DNA of 64,000 nucleotides. Source: Candidatus Omnitrophota bacterium (GTDB lineage: Bacteria; Omnitrophota; Gorgyraeia; Gygaellales; Profunditerraquicolaceae). Numbering within the stretch: position 1 is the first letter of the stretch; every line of letters begins with the position of its first letter. Positions 57,447-64,000 of the stretch are shown piece by piece. The notes under the pieces are model-generated. The model saw only the letters and a program-made list of their open reading frames with translations. It had not been told where the DNA came from and did not search any database. The stretch is from contig JAUSED010000012.1 of the NCBI GenBank assembly GCA_030650425.1, forward strand, positions 64,905 to 128,904. The letters are read 5' to 3'. The position numbers and the translations under genes are program-made.

Positions 57447-58411
57447 TAAGGGTGAGAATATTTAAAGTGTTCATCGGTGTTTTTCTTCTCTTCGGCCTGT
57501 CTTTTTTCTTCGGGTGTAATAATGAGCAGGGGGCTAAAAAGATAGATTTGGACAAAACAGAAGAGCTAAATGAAAATCTCCCGGAACCTAACCAATTAAG
57601 AATCGGGATTATTCCTGAACAGGATATTCGCAAGATGGCCGCCAGATATGAACCGCTGGCGGAATACCTTGGTAAAAAATTAAATTTAAAAGTAACTCTT
57701 GTTTATTTAGATAATTACGGCGAGGTTTGTGATAAGTTTATTAGTCAACAGCTTGACGCGGCCTTCTTCGGCAGTTTTAGCTACGCGCTTACGCATGCCA
57801 AAGCAGGAGTGGAGGCGCTCTCCCGGCCGGATTATCAAGGTGTCTCAACCTACAGGGGGCTGATCATTGTCAGGAAGGATGGCAATATAAAAGATCTCCC
57901 GGATATGAGAAACAAGCGGCTGGCATTGGTGCATCGGGCAACTTATGCCGGGTATCTTTACCCGTTATATTATTTTAAAGAACATAAAGTCGCGGATTTA
58001 GACTTATTCTTTTCTCAAGTTATATTTTCCGGCAGCCACGATAAGGCAATAATCGCGGTTTTAAACGGCCAGGCAGATATCGCTGTCCCTAAAGATCTTG
58101 TCTACGAGAGGATGCTAAAAGATAATCCTGATTTAGAGAATAAACTGCTTATCCTTTCTGCTTCTAAACCGGTTCCTTCAAATGCTTTTTGCGTAAGGAA
58201 AGGTTTGGGTTTGAGCTTGAAGGATAGGTTAAAAAATATTTTATTGAATTTAGAAAATGAACCGGAAGCCGGGCCTGTTTTAGTAGCTTTAGGCGCCAGC
58301 AGGTTTATTGAGACCAACGATAAAGATTATGCTAATCTCTATGAAATAATCAAAGCGTTGAAGATAGATTTAGACACTTATCCTTACTATGAGAGGCAGG
58401 ATATAGGATGA
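57443..58411 (+). CDS. PhnD/SsuA-like periplasmic substrate-binding protein (phosphonate/phosphite ABC-type)
   Basis: Lipoprotein-like signal, then a LRIGIIPEQD start typical of the PhnD family. Confidence 0.65.
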   Translation: MIRVRIFKVFIGVFLLFGLSFFFGCNNEQGAKKIDLDKTEELNENLPEPNQLRIGIIPEQDIRKMAARYEPLAEYLGKKLNLKVTLVYLDNYGEVCDKFISQQLDAAFFGSFSYALTHAKAGVEALSRPDYQGVSTYRGLIIVRKDGNIKDLPDMRNKRLALVHRATYAGYLYPLYYFKEHKVADLDLFFSQVIFSGSHDKAIIAVLNGQADIAVPKDLVYERMLKDNPDLENKLLILSASKPVPSNAFCVRKGLGLSLKDRLKNILLNLENEPEAGPVLVALGASRFIETNDKDYANLYEIIKALKIDLDTYPYYERQDIG

Positions 58412-59793
58412 AAAAATTCATAGGACTACGTAAAAAGATTCTCTTGAGCATGATTTTTCTTCTTTTGCTGCAGGGGTTAACTGCCGCATTCATTAATCAG
58501 GTCTTTTTGTTCAGGCTGTTGAAAACAGAATTTCAGAATAAAGGTTTAATCCACGCCAGAAGTATTGCCGCTTATAGCCTGGTGGATATTTTGACTCAGA
58601 ATAGCTCGCGGCTTAAGAAAATGTTAGATTATGAAAAAAGATTAGACGCGAATACGGCTTACATTTTTATCACCAATTCTTCCGGCCGAGTCCTCGCGCA
58701 TACCTTCCCAAAAGGGTTCCCGGTAGATTTAATTAAAGCAAACATGCTCCCTAAAAATAAAGATTTTAATATACAACTTCTGGATACTCAGCTGGGTTTT
58801 ATTTATGATATCAATATTCCTATTCTATTAGATAAGAGTTTGATTGGAAACGCGCGTTTAGGAATCCTCCAGAGCGGCATCCAGAGGACGATCATACTCA
58901 TTGATTCAGTTATCATTGTTGTTACGTTTCTTCTGATCATCATTGGGCTGATTTTAGCCTATAAGATATCTTCCTTAATTACCCAGCCGATTTCCAAATT
59001 GATAGAGGCTACGGAATCTATCCGCAAAGGCAATTTTTCAACTAAAATAGAGATCAGGACCAAGGATGAGATTGGCCTCTTGGCAGGCGCGTTTAATAAA
59101 ATGACTGCTTATTTAAGCCAACTGGTAGAAGAGGTAGGACGGCTTACTAGGCAGAGAGAGAGGGAGAGCATTGCTTTGGATTTACACGATACCTGCGCGC
59201 AGGATTTGGCTAATCTGATTAAAAGACTGGAGCTGTGCGAGAAGCTTTTTAAAATCGAACCTCTAAAGGCTTTCGAAGAATTGAATGCCCTAAAAGAAAA
59301 TATCCGCGGGCATCTTTTTAAGGCGCGCCAGGTCATCCACGGGCTTAAATCGCCGGAAGAAGAGGGCTTTCCCCTGTCGCAGAAGATAAATGAGTTTATC
59401 AGGAATTACCAGCAGCATGATAAGATTAATCTTAAATTCAATGTTTCCGGGCCAGTTAATAAAAATATTCCGGCGAATAAGGCAACGCACATTTTTTATA
59501 TCATCACCGAAGCGCTCACTAATATTAGAAAACATGCTCAGGCTAAAAATGTGGATTTATCCTTAGATTATAATGGAATAAATGAATTGATCATCAAGAT
59601 CAAAGATGATGGCATCGGTTTTGATCCTCAAAAGGCTGGATTATTAGCTTCGGCCAGCGGGAAATGGGGTTTAATGGGAATGCGCCAGAGAGCCGCTTCT
59701 TTGGGGGGTGCTCTAGTTATAAGCTCAATGCCTAAGCAGGGGACTGAAATCCTTGTCAGGATTCCATTTAGCGGTATAATATATAATATTTAA
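58408..59793 (+). CDS. Sensor histidine kinase (periplasmic domain + HAMP + HisKA_3 + HATPase), NarX-like
   Basis: Two TM segments, a HAMP region, the H-box LHDTCAQDL, and the G-box GIGFDP...GLMGMRQR. Confidence 0.8.
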   Translation: MKKFIGLRKKILLSMIFLLLLQGLTAAFINQVFLFRLLKTEFQNKGLIHARSIAAYSLVDILTQNSSRLKKMLDYEKRLDANTAYIFITNSSGRVLAHTFPKGFPVDLIKANMLPKNKDFNIQLLDTQLGFIYDINIPILLDKSLIGNARLGILQSGIQRTIILIDSVIIVVTFLLIIIGLILAYKISSLITQPISKLIEATESIRKGNFSTKIEIRTKDEIGLLAGAFNKMTAYLSQLVEEVGRLTRQRERESIALDLHDTCAQDLANLIKRLELCEKLFKIEPLKAFEELNALKENIRGHLFKARQVIHGLKSPEEEGFPLSQKINEFIRNYQQHDKINLKFNVSGPVNKNIPANKATHIFYIITEALTNIRKHAQAKNVDLSLDYNGINELIIKIKDDGIGFDPQKAGLLASASGKWGLMGMRQRAASLGGALVISSMPKQGTEILVRIPFSGIIYNI

Positions 59794-59810
59794 CAAAAAG
59801 GAAAGAAGCT

Positions 59811-60464
59811 ATGCAATCTAAAATAAGGCTATTGCTCTGTGATGATCACGCCATATTCCGCCAGGGTGTAAGGAAATTATTGGAATTAGAGCCTGATATT
59901 ATTGTGGTAGGAGATGCGGGTAATGGCCAGGAAATGCTGGATCTGCTTAAAAAAACAGGGCCGGATGTCATATTAATGGATATAGGAATGCCTAATATGG
60001 ACGGGGTTACTGCTACTTCTAAAGCTAAGAAAATATTGCCTCGCGCCAAAGTTGTTATTTTTACCGTCTTCGAAGATGAACCGCATATCTTTCAGGCAAT
60101 TAAGGCCGGAGCAATGGGGTATCTGTTAAAAGACGCGTCTTTTGATGAGTTAATCGCTGCTATCCGCAGTGTTTATAAAGGAGAGGCCCTGATCCAGCCG
60201 GTAGTAGCGACTAAGGTTTTAAAGGAATTTGCCATGCTCGATAAGCGAAAGCTGAAAGAGGGAGACAGATTTTACAGCGATTTAACCGAAAGAGAGAAAG
60301 AAATCTTGCGTTTGATTGCCTTGGGCGGCGCGAATAAGGAGATCGCTAAAAAGCTCGGCATTGCCGAAAAGACCGTAAAAAACCACATCAGCAGTATTTT
60401 CCAAACCCTGCATGTAAATAACCGCACGCAAGCCGCTATCTATGCTTTGGATAAGAAAATCTAA
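59811..60464 (+). CDS. NarL/FixJ-family response regulator (REC + LuxR-type HTH)
   Basis: LLCDDH...DVILMDIGMP receiver domain; C-terminal LTEREKEILRLIALGGANKEIAKKLGIAEKTVKNH. Confidence 0.85.
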   Translation: MQSKIRLLLCDDHAIFRQGVRKLLELEPDIIVVGDAGNGQEMLDLLKKTGPDVILMDIGMPNMDGVTATSKAKKILPRAKVVIFTVFEDEPHIFQAIKAGAMGYLLKDASFDELIAAIRSVYKGEALIQPVVATKVLKEFAMLDKRKLKEGDRFYSDLTEREKEILRLIALGGANKEIAKKLGIAEKTVKNHISSIFQTLHVNNRTQAAIYALDKKI

Positions 60465-60567
60465 GTAGGACTAAAGGCCCACGGAAACATAGGACTATTT
60501 ATTTTTACTCAAACAGGACTTTGGGCACTTGTATAGCTTTCTTAAATAATGTATAATTTACGGAATT

Positions 60568-61209
60568 ATGCTTAATTACTATCCGGTAAGTTTGAATCTG
60601 GAAAACAAGCAGTGTTTAGTAGTCGGCGCAGGGCCGGTAGCTGCCCGTAAAGTAGCCCGGCTGCTAGATTGCGGGGCGCTGGTTACAGTGATAGCCCCTG
60701 TGATTAACGCCGGCTTAAAGGCCTTGGCAAAAAAGAAAAAAATTACGCTTAAGCATAACCGGGTCAATTTAAGCGATCTAAACCGGGCTTTTCTGGTAAT
60801 CTCTGCAACCGGTGAGAGAAAAATAAATACCCTTATTTCTGCTTATTGCCGCAAGAAAGGCATTCTGGTTAATGTGGTGGATGCTCCCAGCGAATGTAAT
60901 TTTATTCTTCCTTCAATACTTAGGAGAGGAGATCTAACCATAGCCATTTCTACCAATGGGGTCAGTCCCGCCCTGTCAAAAAAGATCCGTCAGGAGCTGG
61001 AACAAAAATTTGGGGTTGAGTACCTGAAATTATTGCGTATATTGGAAGAAATCAGGCCCGAGGCTTTAAAGAAAATAAAAAGCCCGGAATCAAGAAAGAT
61101 TTTCTTTGAAAAAGCAGTTCAAACCAAGATGCTCAATCTTCTCAAAAAGAATAAAGAAGGCCGGGTGCGGGTAAAATTGAGAGCTATATTAAAAAATGCA
61201 GCCGTATAA
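60568..61209 (+). CDS. Precorrin-2 dehydrogenase / sirohydrochlorin ferrochelatase (SirC/CysG N-domain-like)
   Basis: Rossmann motif CLVVGAGPVAARK; 213 aa. Confidence 0.75.
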   Translation: MLNYYPVSLNLENKQCLVVGAGPVAARKVARLLDCGALVTVIAPVINAGLKALAKKKKITLKHNRVNLSDLNRAFLVISATGERKINTLISAYCRKKGILVNVVDAPSECNFILPSILRRGDLTIAISTNGVSPALSKKIRQELEQKFGVEYLKLLRILEEIRPEALKKIKSPESRKIFFEKAVQTKMLNLLKKNKEGRVRVKLRAILKNAAV

Positions 61210-61651
61210 TTATCTATCGGGATTTCAAGGGTTATATCTTAATTTACATATTATTACTATTACTTTAAGTTATTTTGTTTTTTTTATAGCTTCGCTCTGC
61301 GCGGTATTATACCTTATCCAGGATAACCTGCTTAAACATAAACAGATTGGGGTAATTTTTAACCGTCTGCCTGATCTTTTTTCTCTGGATAAGTTTCATT
61401 ACAGGGCGATAGGCCTGGGTTTTCCCATACTTACGCTTTCTATTCTTAGTGGTTTTATCTGGGTTAAGCATATCCGGGGCGCCTATTGGAATATTAATCC
61501 CAGGATGGTTTATTCTTTGAGCCTTTGGTTGGTGTACGCGCTGATCTTGCACGTCAGGTTGTCGGCTAAGTTGCGCGGTAGGAAGGTTGCCCAATTATCT
61601 CTCTTTGCTTTTTGCATTATTATTGCCGCCTTATTTAGCAGCTGTCGTTAA
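61196..61651 (+). CDS. CcsA/HemX-like cytochrome c assembly-family membrane protein
   Basis: 151 aa, 4 TM; positioned upstream of hemA as in hemAX clusters. Confidence 0.5.
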   Translation: MQPYNYLSGFQGLYLNLHIITITLSYFVFFIASLCAVLYLIQDNLLKHKQIGVIFNRLPDLFSLDKFHYRAIGLGFPILTLSILSGFIWVKHIRGAYWNINPRMVYSLSLWLVYALILHVRLSAKLRGRKVAQLSLFAFCIIIAALFSSCR

Positions 61652-61659
61652 TTTGGAGA

Positions 61660-62784
61660 ATGCGGATGGATTTAACGGTTGTCGGTATAAATCATAAAAC
61701 AGCTCCGGTAGAGATCAGGGAAAAGTTTTCTTTTCATCCTAAGCAGGTTGTCGGGGTAAACCGCCTGCTTAAAGAGACCGCTTTATTATCAGAAAACCTG
61801 ATTTTATCTACCTGCAACCGGGTAGAGCTGTATGCGGTATGCGCCAGGCATAAAGATTATATTACCAACATAGAAAACTTCCTCAGCCGATATCATAACC
61901 TGAATATCTCTGACTATAAGGATAGGTTTTACGTTTATAAAAACAAAGAGGCGGTGGAGCATTTATTTAAAGTTGCCTGTGGCCTTGATTCCATGGTTAT
62001 CGGGGAGATGGAGATATTGAACCAGATGAAAAAAGCGTTTCAGGACGCCAGAGAAAGTACTACTACCGGCAAGATTTTAAACAGGCTTTTTGAAAAAGCA
62101 TTTAACACCGCCAAGAGAGTTCGGACAGAAACCTTTATCAGCCGCGGGGCTGTTTCGGTTAGTTCAGTGGCCGTAAGATTGGCAGAAAAAATATTAGGCG
62201 GGTTAAGGGATAAAAAGGTCTTAATTATCGGCGCGGGCAAAGTAGGGGAGAAGTTAGTTTTAAATTTAAAGAAAGAGGGAATCGGCACGATGCTGGTAAC
62301 TAACCGGACTTTGGAGAAAGCTAAGGATTTAGCGTCCAGATTCTCCGCTGAAATTGTGCCATTTGAGGATTTTAAATCCAGTTTAGCGCGGGTGGATATA
62401 ATTATTACCTCTACCGGCTCTCCTCAGTATGTCATTGGTAAAGATGAGATTTCATCGCTTATGCCTTTAAGACAGCTTAGGCCGCTTTTTATTATTGACT
62501 TGGCTGTGCCGCGGGATGTTCAGTCAGAGGTAAATAAATTAGATAATGTTTATCTCTATAATATAGACGATTTACAAAAAACAGTGGATGAAACAATAGC
62601 ATTGAGGAGCAATGAATTGGATAGCTGTTTTAAAGTGATCGATCGCTCTTCAGAACACTTTCATCATTGGTTATTGAAAGAAGGTTTGCGGGTAGATAAG
62701 GAGGAAGCGCGGGGTGAAAAACAAGCCGTTGGTGTTGGGCTGCCGAAAGAGCAGGTTAGCGCTTGCGCAGGCAAAATTAGTTGA
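61660..62784 (+). CDS. hemA: Glutamyl-tRNA reductase
   Basis: LSTCNRVELY catalytic Cys motif; NADPH-binding IIGAGKVGE. Confidence 0.9.
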   Translation: MRMDLTVVGINHKTAPVEIREKFSFHPKQVVGVNRLLKETALLSENLILSTCNRVELYAVCARHKDYITNIENFLSRYHNLNISDYKDRFYVYKNKEAVEHLFKVACGLDSMVIGEMEILNQMKKAFQDARESTTTGKILNRLFEKAFNTAKRVRTETFISRGAVSVSSVAVRLAEKILGGLRDKKVLIIGAGKVGEKLVLNLKKEGIGTMLVTNRTLEKAKDLASRFSAEIVPFEDFKSSLARVDIIITSTGSPQYVIGKDEISSLMPLRQLRPLFIIDLAVPRDVQSEVNKLDNVYLYNIDDLQKTVDETIALRSNELDSCFKVIDRSSEHFHHWLLKEGLRVDKEEARGEKQAVGVGLPKEQVSACAGKIS

Positions 62785-63643
62785 AGATAGCTTAAGGCTG
62801 TTTTATCCCCGGCTTGAGTTTGAGCTAAAAACCTTAATCACTACCGGCGATAAGATTTTAGATAAAGCGTTAAATAAAATTGGCGATCAGGGTCTATTCA
62901 CCAAAGAGATCGAAGAAGCGCTATTAGGCGGTAAGATTGATCTTGCCATACATAGTTTAAAGGACTTGCCGGTTGAGCTCCCAAAAGGCCTTGAGATTGG
63001 AGCGGTTCCCAAAAGGGAAGACCCTCGCGATGTATTGGTTTCACTCAATGGTTTTAGCCTGGAGTCGCTGCCAAAAGGCGCTAATATCGGGACCAGCAGT
63101 CTCAGGCGTTCCGCCCAGCTTTTAAATATCAGGCCTGATTTGAATATACTGTCTTTACGCGGGAATTTAGATACACGGATTAAAAAATTAGAGCTGGGTT
63201 CATATGATGCGATTGTGCTTGCTTACGCGGGAATTAAACGCCTCGGCCTGGATTTAAAAATAACGCCTCTAGCCATAGAAAAAGTCTTGCCTCAGGCGGG
63301 ACAAGGGGCTTTAGGTATTGAAATTCGTTCAGGCGATTTAGCAACAGGTGATTTGGTTAGAGTTATAGATGACTATGACTCTCATCTGTGTGTTGACGCG
63401 GAAAGAGCCGTGCTTCTTGGATTAGGAGGCGGTTGCTCAACGCCGATTGGGGTATATGCCCGGGTAGACAATCAGCAGATTATTTTAAAAGCAGGCGTCT
63501 TTTCCTTGGATGGCAAGGTTGCGATAAGGGATGAGGCGGCTGGCCGGAAAGAAGACGCGCAAAGATTGGCTCAGGGATTAGCCGAAAGAATGCTAAAGAA
63601 GGGCACTCAGGAAATTATTGAGAACCTAAAAGAAAAGGGATAA
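62714..63643 (+). CDS. hemC: Hydroxymethylbilane synthase (porphobilinogen deaminase)
   Basis: LVLGCRKSRLALAQA N-terminus; cofactor-binding Cys GGGCSTPIG. Confidence 0.9.
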   Translation: MKNKPLVLGCRKSRLALAQAKLVEDSLRLFYPRLEFELKTLITTGDKILDKALNKIGDQGLFTKEIEEALLGGKIDLAIHSLKDLPVELPKGLEIGAVPKREDPRDVLVSLNGFSLESLPKGANIGTSSLRRSAQLLNIRPDLNILSLRGNLDTRIKKLELGSYDAIVLAYAGIKRLGLDLKITPLAIEKVLPQAGQGALGIEIRSGDLATGDLVRVIDDYDSHLCVDAERAVLLGLGGGCSTPIGVYARVDNQQIILKAGVFSLDGKVAIRDEAAGRKEDAQRLAQGLAERMLKKGTQEIIENLKEKG

Positions 63644-63644
63644 A

Positions 63645-64000
63645 TTGTCTAAGTCAAAAGTATATTTAGTGGGCGCAGGCCCGGGTGATTGCTCTTTAAT
63701 TACAGTAAGAGGGCTTGAATTGATTAAGACGGCGGATTGTATTATCTATGACTATTTAGCAAATCCCGGTTTGCTTAGATTTAGAAAAAATGATTGTGAG
63801 CTTGTTTATGCAGGTAAAAAAGCAGGCGCGCATACTTTACCCCAAAGTAAGATCAATCGACTTCTTGCAGACAAGGCGAAAATTCATCGCTCTATCGTGC
63901 GGCTTAAAGGAGGGGATCCTTTCATCTTTGGCCGGGGCGCGGAAGAGGCGCTTTACTTGCAAAAGAAAAGAATTAATTTTGAAATTGTCCCCGGGGTAAC
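63645..64000 (+). CDS. cobA: Uroporphyrinogen-III C-methyltransferase (CobA/CysG C-domain-like), partial; TTG start; continues beyond the window
   Basis: Translation from TTG at 63645: LSKSKVYLVGAGPGDCSLITVRGLEL...RLKGGDPFIFGRGAEE. Absent from the ORF track because it has no stop in the window. Confidence 0.7.
   Translation, partial: MSKSKVYLVGAGPGDCSLITVRGLELIKTADCIIYDYLANPGLLRFRKNDCELVYAGKKAGAHTLPQSKINRLLADKAKIHRSIVRLKGGDPFIFGRGAEEALYLQKKRINFEIVPGV

Noticed and set aside
63790-63999. 69-aa ATG-initiated ORF at the window end
   Set aside because: It is out of frame with a convincing cobA reading frame (TTG 63645 onward, LVGAGPGD… motifs) that occupies the same DNA.

Overview
This 64-kb window is an AT-rich (roughly 40% GC) bacterial chromosome segment, probably from an uncultivated lineage. 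Genes are densely packed and mostly on the + strand. It breaks into five parts.

(1) 1–19.2 kb is housekeeping core. It holds two tandem LptF/LptG-family LPS export permeases, comF, a polysaccharide deacetylase, a GT39/ArnT-like glycosyltransferase, pyrE, a HI0933/BaiN-type flavoprotein, and a Maf/M48-peptidase in-frame ORF. It continues with a GH-A glycosidase, tRNA-Leu(CAG), an AEC transporter, smpB followed immediately by a 424-nt tmRNA (ssrA), an AmiC-type amidase lipoprotein, murI, a complete queDCEF preQ1 operon, class-I fumarate hydratase alpha/beta, rph, rdgB, and tRNA-Pro and tRNA-Arg.

(2) 19.2–37.2 kb is an accessory mobile/defence island beginning at tRNA-His(GTG). It opens with an HNH endonuclease behind a consensus leaderless promoter. 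Next is a large serine recombinase whose gene sits between perfect 129-bp inverted repeats that also encode its C-terminus, followed by a 600-bp GC-rich (about 65–70%) hairpin-dense non-coding segment. Then comes a Type III R-M system (C-protein, Mod, and a Res carrying a C-terminal LexA-like S24 autopeptidase domain). After that is an HTH-XRE/ImmA(IrrE) fusion operon with a PIN-like protein and a GIY-YIG protein. The island ends with a three-gene block: a 1094-aa protein with an N-terminal TIR-like domain, and two proteins of 593 and 391 aa with no recognisable domains. A strong terminator closes the island.

(3) 37.5–43.6 kb carries arsR-arsM with methyltransferase and phosphorylase genes, a truncated pyruvate kinase, an M50 protease and unknowns.

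(4) 43.6–48.8 kb is an exopolysaccharide locus: a TPR/beta-barrel exporter, a processive GT2 synthase, a GH26-like hydrolase and a stand-alone PilZ c-di-GMP receptor.

(5) 48.8–64 kb carries a complete biotin operon (bioB-F-H-like-C-D-A), a HEPN/MNT pair, arsC, an epimerase-like protein, a PhnD-like binding protein with a NarX/NarL-type two-component system, and a heme cluster (sirC-like, hemX-like, hemA, hemC, cobA partial).

The most novel candidates are the self-flanked serine-recombinase inversion/mobile module, the Res-S24 fusion, the TIR-containing three-gene block, and a tmRNA with an unusually long, non-canonical tag reading frame.
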